From Armatimonadota bacterium (GTDB lineage: Bacteria; Armatimonadota; SYMT01), in contig JAWLHY010000009.1 of assembly GCA_041690135.1 (NCBI GenBank), positions 224,001-288,000 of the forward strand: DNA of 64,000 nt, written 5' to 3'. Each line of letters starts with the position of its first letter. Within the stretch, counting starts at the first letter, position 1. This document shows, in pieces, positions 39,594-48,444 of this stretch. A model generated the notes under the pieces. That model searched no databases. It was given only the letters and a program-made list of their open reading frames with translations, and was not told the origin of the DNA. A program made the translations under genes and the position numbers.

Positions 39594-41602
39594 AATCGTA
39601 CCGCTGGACTGGCCTCCTACAGAACCAGGTTGTCGCGATAGTGCTCGCGCTACTGGTAGTCGTGCCGATGTTGTTTGCGGCCTCTCCGGACGCACGCACG
39701 GATCAGATGACCGCATATGGTCTGCTGGGCCTGCTGCTCCTCGTGGTCTGGCTCTTCCGCACTCGGGACGAAATCAGCCTCGCAAAGGCTCGAGCATTCC
39801 TCTTTAGCGGCCCTAACCTGCCGATCGTTTTGTATTGTGCCTGGGGCATGATCTCCGTCCTGGGTAGTGCCGAACGGCTCTTCAGTCAGGTAGCCTTTAT
39901 CCAGTTGGCCTGCGGAGTGTTGCTCTATGCGATGGTGGTTTACCAGTTCCGCCATCGCGATCAGATCCGCGCCCTGCTCCACGGCTTGATCGTGGTGGGC
40001 GTTCTGATGGTGGTGACGGCGCTCTATCTGGCCCAGGATCGTCTCTTCCCGCTCGTCGGTACTTTCCACGATCGGCAGCTCTTCGGCGGCTTTCTCGCAT
40101 TGGTGCTGCCGGTCCTCATGGGCGTTGCCGCCGGAACTCGCAACGGGCGATGGAAGCTGGGCGCGCAGATATCCTGCATCCTGGTTGCCGGGGCTTTGAT
40201 CTGCACGCAGTGCCGCAGTGCCTGGATCGGACTGTCCGTAGCGGTCCTGGTCTTCATCGCTCTCGGCATGGGCTTCGTTTGGAAAGTCTCCGGCTTTCTG
40301 CGCAAGAAGCACGAGTTGCTGGTCACTCCCATTCTGGCCCTGATCGTGCTTGGGATCTTCATCGGGTTTACTCGAATGGGCGGTCCCACCATCCAGCGCC
40401 TCACGACCCTGAGTGCAATCCGCCAGGATGAAAGCGTTAAGGACCGTGTGGGACTGTGGCGAGTGGCCGTGGACGTGATCCGAGCCAACCCGTTTGTCGG
40501 GCATGGAATCGGCACCTATACGCTGGTTCAGGCGGACTACAATCCCGCCTCGCGATCGCGGGAAGTCATCCGGCAGATGGGGCCCACGCTGTCGGAGAGC
40601 CCGCACAACACCTATCTGCAGATCGCGGCCGAGTCCGGGCTGGTCGGGTTGTCGCTTTACCTGGCGATCCTGGTGCTCTTCTGCTACCGGGCCCTCATCG
40701 CTCTCCCGCGAATGGAGAAGGGACTGCGCCAGTACACGCTTATCGGCTGTATCTCGGCAGTGGTAGGGCAGAGCGTCGATGCGATCGCCAATCCCGCCTG
40801 GACCTATCCCGAGTGCACAGCGTTCTTCTGGCTGGTGCTTGGCGTGGGGATGGCGGCGGCCGGTCTGGCGCAAGAACTGCGCAGTGAGGTGCCTGCGCGC
40901 GTGGAAGCAACGGACGCTCCAGTGTTCGGGCTGCCCCGGTTCCTCTACCGTGGTGTGCGCACCGCAATGATCCTTTGCGGCGCCATCTGGCTCGGAGCGC
41001 ATCTCCTCAACCTGAACACGGCGGTGGCGGCCTCGGCTGGCGAAGTCTCCGCTAATCGCGCGCGGCCGACCTACCGACCGATTTACTGCGACCATATCAC
41101 CAAGCTGGGGCTGGACTTCCTGAACGACACGGTCAAGACCCCAACGGCGTGGAACGTGACGGCAGGCGCAACTTCCTACGACCGTCTCGCTACCTTCCAC
41201 GTGTATGCGCTCACCGACGATCCGCGCTTCTGGGCGAACGTGTCGGTGGAACGGCGGTACATCAAGTGGAAGCGCACCGGTCTGAAGGGCAAGTTCTATT
41301 ACGCCGAAACCAGTGGCGACCCCCGCTGGTTCTACAAGCCGCACATCAAAGATCGCGGCCGGACGGGAACCTTGCTGGTAACCTACAACTGCACGGCCCC
41401 CAAGGTGCGCTACCAGACCAAGTTCATCCTGACGGTTCTCCCCAACCGCGCGCCGATCGATACCTTCGGCCGCGGCGGGCAGACCCCGGGGACCTCGGGC
41501 GGCTTCGATCCGTTCAATCCGCTCATTCTGAACAACCTCAACCCGCTGATCGAAGTGCCCTCGGAATTCGAAGAGAGCACGGAGGAGGGTACCGCGGAGT
41601 AG
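39590..41602 (+). CDS. O-antigen ligase (Wzy_C) family protein with extra C-terminal soluble domain
   Basis: ~12 TM segments, TQCRSAW, RVGLW, PFVGHGIG, PHNTYLQIAAESGLVG. Confidence 0.85.
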   Translation: MKSYRWTGLLQNQVVAIVLALLVVVPMLFAASPDARTDQMTAYGLLGLLLLVVWLFRTRDEISLAKARAFLFSGPNLPIVLYCAWGMISVLGSAERLFSQVAFIQLACGVLLYAMVVYQFRHRDQIRALLHGLIVVGVLMVVTALYLAQDRLFPLVGTFHDRQLFGGFLALVLPVLMGVAAGTRNGRWKLGAQISCILVAGALICTQCRSAWIGLSVAVLVFIALGMGFVWKVSGFLRKKHELLVTPILALIVLGIFIGFTRMGGPTIQRLTTLSAIRQDESVKDRVGLWRVAVDVIRANPFVGHGIGTYTLVQADYNPASRSREVIRQMGPTLSESPHNTYLQIAAESGLVGLSLYLAILVLFCYRALIALPRMEKGLRQYTLIGCISAVVGQSVDAIANPAWTYPECTAFFWLVLGVGMAAAGLAQELRSEVPARVEATDAPVFGLPRFLYRGVRTAMILCGAIWLGAHLLNLNTAVAASAGEVSANRARPTYRPIYCDHITKLGLDFLNDTVKTPTAWNVTAGATSYDRLATFHVYALTDDPRFWANVSVERRYIKWKRTGLKGKFYYAETSGDPRWFYKPHIKDRGRTGTLLVTYNCTAPKVRYQTKFILTVLPNRAPIDTFGRGGQTPGTSGGFDPFNPLILNNLNPLIEVPSEFEESTEEGTAE

Positions 41603-41634
41603 TCTGCGGAACTTCTCTTCCATCAGGTGAATGC

Positions 41635-41663
41635 AAAGGCCGTCCCTCCCAGGGACGGCCTTT
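41635..41663 (+). terminator. Probable intrinsic terminator hairpin
   Basis: Perfect 13-bp stem AAAGGCCGTCCCT-ccc-AGGGACGGCCTTT after the ligase gene. Confidence 0.65.
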
Positions 41664-41733
41664 CTCCTGACCCGGTCCGGCTACGTCGCACTAATGGAGA
41701 CGTCACAGCTCCCTTCCCGTTACTGAGATTCTC

Positions 41734-42294
41734 ATGCAGCGTGTCGAAACCTCTCTCCCAGGCGTCTACGTCCTGGAGCCCCGAGTCTTCCAGGACGCCC
41801 GGGGTTTCTTTCTTGAGACTTACCACCGGCAGAAGTTCGCGGAACTGGGCATCAAGGCCGATTTCGTGCAGGACAACCATTCCCGTTCTCAGCGGGGGAC
41901 GCTGCGCGGACTTCACTACCAGCTCCATCACCCGCAGGCAAAGCTCTGCCGGGTGGTTCTCGGTTCCGTACTCGACGTGGCCGTGGACATCCGGCGCAAC
42001 TCTCCCACCTTCGGGCGTTGGGTCGCGGTCGAATTGACAGCGGAGAACAAGCGACAGATCTTCATTCCCGCCGGCTTTGCCCACGGATTCGTCGTCCTGT
42101 CGGAGGCCGCCGAATTCCTCTACAAGTGCGACGAGTTCTATCATCCCGAGGACGAGCGGGGGATTGCCTGGAACTGTCCCACCCTGGGAATCGACTGGGG
42201 GATCCAGGAGCCGCTCCTGTCCGTGAAAGACCAGCGCAACCCCACCCTGGGCGACGTGGACCCGGACCAACTCCCTACCTATTTCCCCATGTAG
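41734..42294 (+). CDS. rmlC: dTDP-4-dehydrorhamnose 3,5-epimerase
   Basis: DARGFF.E, VQDNHSRS..GTLRGLHYQ, DVAVDIR..SPTFG, GFAHGF. Confidence 0.96.
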   Translation: MQRVETSLPGVYVLEPRVFQDARGFFLETYHRQKFAELGIKADFVQDNHSRSQRGTLRGLHYQLHHPQAKLCRVVLGSVLDVAVDIRRNSPTFGRWVAVELTAENKRQIFIPAGFAHGFVVLSEAAEFLYKCDEFYHPEDERGIAWNCPTLGIDWGIQEPLLSVKDQRNPTLGDVDPDQLPTYFPM

Positions 42295-42364
42295 TTCCAA
42301 TTCTGGCGATGCCGACACAGGCTCTCTACGTAAGTAGTGATGAAGGTGGGAGGATCGTGCGACG

Positions 42365-43258
42365 ATGTTAGATTCGCTGGGACGGGAGCAAGAGGGCCGG
42401 ATCCGCTTCGGGATTGCCGCGGACCTGTACGTGCGCAACGTACTGGACCTGTGCGATGCCGCGCACGTCGCCGGCATGAGTCCCGAGGCCTTCGAGGAAC
42501 AACTGACCTCGAGCTTCCCGCGTACGACGGGAGTTTCGGCCGTGCTGGCGCCTCGCGACCCCGACACGCCCCTCCTGTCGGTCGTCATTCCCGTCTTCAA
42601 TGAGCGTCGCACCTTTCTGCAGTTGCTGGAAGCCGTTCGTGCCGTTCCGATTGCCAAAGAGATCATCATTGTCGATGACTGCTCGCTAGACGGCACGCGG
42701 GAAATGCTGCAGGAACAGGTGGACGGTAAGATCGCCGGCGTCCGCGTGGTTTACCAGAAGGTAAACCAGGGAAAGGGCGCGGCCCTTCGCCGCGGGTTTG
42801 CCGAAGCCCGGGGCGACATCGTCCTGGTTCAGGATGCGGACCTGGAATATGATCCGCGCGAGTACCCACAGCTCCTCGAGCCGATCCTGGAGGGGAAGGC
42901 GGATGTGGTTTACGGTTCTCGCTTTCAGGGTGGACCGCACCGGGTGCTCTACTTCTGGCACTCGGTGGGCAACCGCTTTCTTACCACCCTGTCGAATATG
43001 TTCACGGACCTGAACCTGACGGACATGGAAACCTGTTACAAGGTCTTCCGCCGGGAGGTCATCCAGCAGGTTCCCCTGCGCCAGAACCGCTTCGGCTTCG
43101 AGCCGGAGGTCACTGCCAAAGTCGCCCGGCGGGGCTGGCGCATCTACGAGGTGCCGATCAGCTACGCTGGCCGGAGCTACGCGGAAGGGAAGAAAATCGG
43201 CTGGAAGGATGGTTTCCAGGCGATCTGGTGCATTTTGCGGTACGCGCGCCTCGATTGA
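42365..43258 (+). CDS. DPM1-like GT2 with N-terminal UPF0175-like helical domain
   Basis: [43 protein letters not shown]; N-terminal AADLY...[14 protein letters not shown]. Confidence 0.88.
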   Translation: MLDSLGREQEGRIRFGIAADLYVRNVLDLCDAAHVAGMSPEAFEEQLTSSFPRTTGVSAVLAPRDPDTPLLSVVIPVFNERRTFLQLLEAVRAVPIAKEIIIVDDCSLDGTREMLQEQVDGKIAGVRVVYQKVNQGKGAALRRGFAEARGDIVLVQDADLEYDPREYPQLLEPILEGKADVVYGSRFQGGPHRVLYFWHSVGNRFLTTLSNMFTDLNLTDMETCYKVFRREVIQQVPLRQNRFGFEPEVTAKVARRGWRIYEVPISYAGRSYAEGKKIGWKDGFQAIWCILRYARLD

Positions 43259-43264
43259 TCCGTG

Positions 43265-43350
43265 TTCAGGCGATCAGGCATTCAGGCGATCAGCACTTAG
43301 GCAACCAGATGTTCGGGCACTCCTGTAGGGCGTAAATGTTCGGGCACATT
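43265..43350. repeat. Degenerate short tandem repeats between convergent genes
   Basis: TTCAGGCGATCAG x2 and ATGTTCGGGCAC x2. Confidence 0.6.
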
Positions 43351-43400
43351 CTCAGAGGTGCTCGGTTCGTGAACTCGTCACGCCGCACGCCAGGGCCAAT

Positions 43401-43601
43401 GTAGGGCAGTAGCTCCGTCGCCGCCGCGTCATGAACACGTTTACCGTCATGACAACCGGTGGTCGTGCCGGGTACGGAAGTCACGGAAGCATTTGATCTC
43501 ACGTGCCGGGTGCAGGGTGCTGTACCGCCATCCCTCTCGCGTGCCGGTCGTCCGGACGGGTACGGATGCAGAGGCCGGCGGGCACGGAGTCTCCGACCTA
43601 C
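43401..43601. repeat. Degenerate GTAG-type REP pair (REPIN-like)
   Basis: GTAGGGCAGTAGCTCCGTCGCCGCC, with an inverted copy reading GTAGGTCGGAGACTCCGTGCCCGCC on the minus strand. Confidence 0.45.
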
Positions 43602-43633
43602 TTCTACGGGTGCTGCGGCAAGGCGAATTGCAG

Positions 43634-45646
43634 TTAGCGCAGCCATCCGCTCATGATCTGGGCGATGCCTCCCGGTGTTACCGATGGGTGCACATGGAGG
43701 TCTTTCTCTTTATCCAGAGCACGGTACACCTGGCGGGGCCACGCGTACGCCTGTTCGATCTCGGCTGGTGTCGCCGGGGTGCCGTCGAGCCGGAAAGGGG
43801 CGGCCACGGCCACCGGTCGGGGGGCAGCCAGTGCGGCCAGATGGGGGAGATCGCCGGCTTCCATCAGCCGGGGGCTGAAGAGACCCATCCGTACACTATC
43901 GGGGACGTGGCCACCCGTGAACGAAAGTGCGGGCTCGATGCCGGCGGAGCCTTGCAGGCGCGGGTCCAGGGCCGCGGTAAGGTAGGCCGCCAGCGCTCCC
44001 TCTCGCCAGCCGAGCACGGCAAACCGTTCGATTCCCCGTGGCTCCAACGCAGTCATCAGTTGCCGGAGGTCCAGCACCCACTGACCGAGGAGCGGACGAC
44101 CGATCCAGAGCGACCATTCTACGAGGTTGTGGTCCGGAATGGCGTCGCCCAGCGCCTGGCCGGGGAGAGTAAGCGATCCACAGCCCCTTAGCTCCAGGGC
44201 GCGCGTATGGATTCCCGCCTCGCGCAACGCCGCGGCAACAGGAGAGTTCAACGCCGCTTCTAAACCCGCCGGATGCAGCAGGAGCACCGCGGCCCTACCT
44301 CGTGCTTCACCGGTACCGCGAAGCGCCGCCGTCGGAATCCGGACGCCCTCTTCCGGTTCGAGTTCATCGATCGTGTAAGGTTCAGCCGGCCGGCCCTCAT
44401 GCAGGCGCGCTTTGCCCGGGCTTGGAGGGAGGGCCAGCACGTCCCGTAGTGTTCGCAACCGGCCGTCCCGCAGCTTTCCCCAGCCGTTCCTGGTCACTGG
44501 TTGCGAGGCGGCCTCCGCCAGCTCCTGACTGCGATTTCGCACCCAAGCCGCGGTGGTCATTACCTTCCCGGACCGGAACGGCGGGCTGTAACAGCGGAGA
44601 GCTTCCGGGTCCTCGGTCAGGATCGCCGGCTCAGGTGTGGGGGAGCCGTCCCCTTCTCCTTTCAACCACCGCCTCATCCAGCCGTACATCGCCTCCCGCA
44701 TTTCCTGGTTGTAGGCGTGCCCCGATTCGACAATCACGTGCCGCACCTTCGCATCCGTACCATGCGCGTGGAAGTAGGGACGGGCGCGGTCGAGCGCCTG
44801 GGCGGCGATCGTGGGGCCGAAGTGCGGGACGTCGCGACTCGCGGTGATGACCATCAGGGCCCGCGGCGCCACCATCCCCAGGAGATCGCCCTCTTCGGCA
44901 AAGGTGAGACCCCCCAGCAGCACTTCATCCACGCAGCAGGCCGCGGTGAGGTAAGAGGTGAAGGTGCCGACGCTGCACACCGGGACCGCGCACTGGATGC
45001 GTTCGTCGAAGGCACTGAGATACGTGGTCTGGTTCCCCCCGCCGCTGGCGCCGGTGCAGCCCAGGCGCTGCCCATCCACGTCCCGCCGAGACTGGAGGTA
45101 GTCCAGGGCACGGATGTTGTCGTACAACTGCAGGCCGTGCAGAGGAGTGCCGATGGGCCAGAGGCTAGCCCCTAGTAGGCCGCCGTGGTACTCGTTCTGA
45201 CCGATCTCCGTCCCCCGCTCCCCGGCGCCCCAGGCGTCGAGGGTCAGCGCCACGAAACCGAGCTTGGCCAGCCCGACGCAGCGGCTCTGGACGACCGGGT
45301 CGCGCCGGGCACCCGGCCAGTGACCATGCACGCACAGCACTGCCGGAAAGGGGGCTTTGCCGCGAGTAGGAACGTAACAGCTCGCCGTCGCGTAGCAGCC
45401 CACTCGGGTCTGGAAGATCAGCTTTTCGATCCGGTACCCATCCCGTTCCAGGGTGCCTAACACCTCCGGTTGCAAAGGCGCCTTCTCCGCCGGCCAGGTG
45501 CCCTCTGCGACCAGGATGCGGGCGCGGATCTCGGCCCCCCGTCGCGAGGCCTCCTGGGTGGAACGAGGGGCAGGATCACTTTCGCGCAGGGCGCGGGCGG
45601 CGTCGAGGTACCAGTTCTTCAGGCGGTCAACAGCAGTGGCTTCCAT
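43634..45646 (-). CDS. Tandem alpha/beta hydrolase (acetyl-xylan-esterase-like)
   Basis: VHGHW, GASGGG nucleophile elbow, APRAL, HAYN; second, degenerate hydrolase domain (GWREGA). Confidence 0.8.
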   Translation of the reverse strand: MEATAVDRLKNWYLDAARALRESDPAPRSTQEASRRGAEIRARILVAEGTWPAEKAPLQPEVLGTLERDGYRIEKLIFQTRVGCYATASCYVPTRGKAPFPAVLCVHGHWPGARRDPVVQSRCVGLAKLGFVALTLDAWGAGERGTEIGQNEYHGGLLGASLWPIGTPLHGLQLYDNIRALDYLQSRRDVDGQRLGCTGASGGGNQTTYLSAFDERIQCAVPVCSVGTFTSYLTAACCVDEVLLGGLTFAEEGDLLGMVAPRALMVITASRDVPHFGPTIAAQALDRARPYFHAHGTDAKVRHVIVESGHAYNQEMREAMYGWMRRWLKGEGDGSPTPEPAILTEDPEALRCYSPPFRSGKVMTTAAWVRNRSQELAEAASQPVTRNGWGKLRDGRLRTLRDVLALPPSPGKARLHEGRPAEPYTIDELEPEEGVRIPTAALRGTGEARGRAAVLLLHPAGLEAALNSPVAAALREAGIHTRALELRGCGSLTLPGQALGDAIPDHNLVEWSLWIGRPLLGQWVLDLRQLMTALEPRGIERFAVLGWREGALAAYLTAALDPRLQGSAGIEPALSFTGGHVPDSVRMGLFSPRLMEAGDLPHLAALAAPRPVAVAAPFRLDGTPATPAEIEQAYAWPRQVYRALDKEKDLHVHPSVTPGGIAQIMSGWLR

Positions 45647-45757
45647 ATCGGTGACTCAAATGGGGTGAAGGCAGCGAGTCAGGGTTCGGCGGAGGGTGCC
45701 ATGCACGTACTTGCGCGCCGGTAGAGGGCGGAGAAAGCGGATTTGGGATCATCCAGA

Positions 45758-45772
45758 GGGACCGACGGTCCC
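45758..45772 (-). promoter_or_regulatory. Putative bacterial SECIS hairpin
   Basis: GGGACC-GUC-GGUCCC starting 11 nt after the in-frame UGA; loop begins with G. Confidence 0.6.
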
Positions 45773-45774
45773 AG

Positions 45775-46251
45775 CTATCGACATCAGCCACCCTTGAGCT
45801 TGATCGGCTTGGGAAACCGGTTCTCGACCCGGTATTCCTCGGCCGGGAACCCGAGGTTACGGCAGACGGTGAGGAACTGCGGCAGCTTCGCACGGCGCGG
45901 GTCGTAATCCACTACCGCCAGTCCGATGCGGGCATCGACCACGGCTGACTGAACCCCGGGGACCTGGCAGAGGGCGCTGGAAACCGACTGGGCGTTGGCA
46001 GTTGTCTCAAGGTCGGAGATTTCCAGCGCAACCTTCTCAACTCGCGTGGACTGAGGTTTTCCTGCCGATAGTTTTGTTGCCGGAGTACGGACCGTACGGG
46101 ATGCAGGTCTGTTCCTCTTTGCCGGCTTGCGTGTTGCCGCGCTCGCATCGGGCGTTCTTCCGGCGCCCAGGCTACCGGCAGTAATCACGAGAGCCAGGCA
46201 AACTTGATGGTACTGTACCCAAACGCGGCGGGTTCTTTTCACTTGCGCCAC
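45775..46251 (-). CDS. Exported HMA (heavy-metal-associated)-fold protein; candidate selenoprotein ending GG-U-C-R (ends at 45784 if UGA is a stop)
   Basis: Signal-like N-terminus; LEISDL...VSSAL.QVPGV.SAVVD...AVVDYDP HMA pattern without CxxC; GGT GGC TGA TGT CGA TAG. Confidence 0.7.
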
Positions 46252-46347
46252 ACTATCTCGCCTTTCCGCTCCTTCGGTAGGTGACACTCTCCCCACCAGC
46301 AAGTTTCGGGCGAATCCTCGCACCGCCCAGAGTGAGGCGAGGGCGTT

Positions 46348-47646
46348 CTACATCGCCGTGTGCGGCCCGCGTGCCAGCGCCTCGCGCAAAGCATTGCTCC
46401 GACGCGTGCAGTGGATTTGCCAGTCCGACGAAGATTTGCCGCCAGCCGGTTTGAGCTCGAAGAACTGGGGTCGCTTGAGGACTTCCGTCAGCCGGTGTTG
46501 GAGGGCGTAGTGTGCATAGAGGCCGAGGGTCACATCCGCCGGGGCCGACAGTTCGCGTTCGGTGAGAGCGCAGCCGATGGTTGCCAGGCAGATCGCTACC
46601 TGACCCTGATATTCGACGTTGAGCGCTCCTTCGATGCCCTGCCAGCCCAGGTGGCCGAACATGGCCCAGAAGCCGAGTTGTGACAGGGCCATTTGCTTTA
46701 CGGCGCTCAACAGCAGCCGGCCCTGGCTTTTTCGGAGCGACTGGGCGAGGGCGGTCCAGAGGTCTTTCCGCACCGCCTCGAACTCCGCGCGCGCGATCCG
46801 GTAGCCATCCGCCATCGCGGGGTCAGCGACCGGGGCGGTCCCGCTCCCGCCTTCCAGCCCCAGCAGTTGGCCCAACCGGAGCAGGCGCTGCTCGGCGGCG
46901 TCCGTGGCCAGGGCGCGGAACTGAAGCGCCTGCACCACCGGCTCGTCGGCGTAAACGGTGAGCCCATCGTAGCCAAGGGCACGGGTAATGGAAGTGAAGT
47001 GCCGGTAAGCGGGGTGAGAGGCGATCTTGTCCGCCGCCTCGCTGATCGGCGCCAGGCCCGGCACGTCGCGGAGGTGCTTCGCTTCGATCCGGATGTTGGA
47101 GGGGCTCCGTGGCCCGACCTGGACGCGGACTCCCGGTAGTTCGACAGTTACGCCGCGATCAGCAAGCCACTCCGCCTGTTTGGCGATAGGGTCCCAGGCG
47201 TTCGTATCCGGCCCCAGGTGTGGTCGCGTGGCCAGTTCCAGAAAGGCATCGCGGTAGAGGTCGCGCCGGCGGTTCCGATCTCGGAGGGTGAGGGGACGCG
47301 GACCGTAGAGCCGGAAAGCGTTCGCCGGGCGGTGGATGGCCGTCGGCACCCGGAGGGTAATGAACGCTCCGCGGTTGTCTTTGATCCGGATGCTGCCCAC
47401 TTCATCCCGGACACCGCTAAGGAGGCGGAGGCTTTCCGGGCTCGCCGTCAGAACGGACGCTTCCTTGGCCGGAGGCGCGGGGTCCCCAGGGCTGGAAGCC
47501 TTCTCCGACTCCTCGCTGCGGGCAGTGGTCTCGGCGGGTTGCGTCAGCGCCGGCGTGGTGGGTGAAGTGGGTTCAATTTGAGCCTGCGCGGCGGCCGGTC
47601 CGGCCACCGCGAGTGCGATCGCATAGATCCAGAAATAACGACTCAT
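46348..47646 (-). CDS. Hypothetical exported protein
   Basis: Signal peptide MSRYFWIYAIALAVAGPAAA, Pro/Thr-rich linker, GGGAGGG SD. Confidence 0.7.
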   Translation of the reverse strand: MSRYFWIYAIALAVAGPAAAQAQIEPTSPTTPALTQPAETTARSEESEKASSPGDPAPPAKEASVLTASPESLRLLSGVRDEVGSIRIKDNRGAFITLRVPTAIHRPANAFRLYGPRPLTLRDRNRRRDLYRDAFLELATRPHLGPDTNAWDPIAKQAEWLADRGVTVELPGVRVQVGPRSPSNIRIEAKHLRDVPGLAPISEAADKIASHPAYRHFTSITRALGYDGLTVYADEPVVQALQFRALATDAAEQRLLRLGQLLGLEGGSGTAPVADPAMADGYRIARAEFEAVRKDLWTALAQSLRKSQGRLLLSAVKQMALSQLGFWAMFGHLGWQGIEGALNVEYQGQVAICLATIGCALTERELSAPADVTLGLYAHYALQHRLTEVLKRPQFFELKPAGGKSSSDWQIHCTRRSNALREALARGPHTAM

Positions 47647-47945
47647 CGATTCCCTCCCGGCACGACGGCTTGCGTCTGCTGTTGCTCCCTGAATTCTACC
47701 CCGGTTGCCGTCTGGATTCCGACGCGGCGTCGGAGACCGCATCAACTACCTACCGGAGGACTGCACCCTGATGAAGGACGACGAACCCTAGTGGCGCGCT
47801 CGCTGCCCAATGCCAACTTGCCTCTCTTATGTACGAGTGAAGGACCTTCTGTTGAGGGCGGCCAACGAATCGGCAAAGGTCGGGAAGACCGTACCCAGGG
47901 CTAGCCATGCTGCGAAGTTGCCCAGGGGAAACCAATTGGAGGTCA

Positions 47946-48434
47946 ATGATGACCTATGTGAGCGTCGGAGCGAGCTCTCGCGTAGTCGGCTATGTCGTCG
48001 CCGTTGTTGTTGCTGGTCTTGTAATTGTTGGTGCTTGGAATCAGGAAAGCATCTCCTACTACTTGAAGATGCGGGCCTGGGATCCCAATGCTCCCGGTCG
48101 GACCGTGCTCGAGTTCTTGCGCGCCGGCAAGCGCGGCGATCAAGATGCCGCCACCAGGCTCCTGGGTACCCAGGAACTTAAACCCCTTATCACTCGGGGG
48201 AAATGGACGGGATACTCGCTGACCACCCTGGCGGGCACGCTGGAATACGTGATGAGCGATCTCACCCCCGCCTCCGAGCCGAAGAGCCCCAAAACGGAAT
48301 TCGTCTACCGGGGGGACGGGGCGGCCATCGTGACCGTGCCAGATCGATCCGGCACGGAAGTAACCTACCGATTGCTGATTGCTGGTGGTGGTTGGAAAAT
48401 TGCCGAGATCCGTGGCGGCCGGGTCGCACGCTAG
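47946..48434 (+). CDS. Hypothetical membrane-anchored protein, possibly NTF2-like fold
   Basis: N-terminal TM, P..TV..FL.A...GD...A and C-terminal GGWKI; GGAGG SD. Confidence 0.65.
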   Translation: MMTYVSVGASSRVVGYVVAVVVAGLVIVGAWNQESISYYLKMRAWDPNAPGRTVLEFLRAGKRGDQDAATRLLGTQELKPLITRGKWTGYSLTTLAGTLEYVMSDLTPASEPKSPKTEFVYRGDGAAIVTVPDRSGTEVTYRLLIAGGGWKIAEIRGGRVAR

Positions 48435-48444
48435 AGGGTAGCTT

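Noticed and set aside
43265-43350. CRISPR array
   Set aside because: Repeats are 12-13 bp, irregularly spaced, two copies each; no cas genes.
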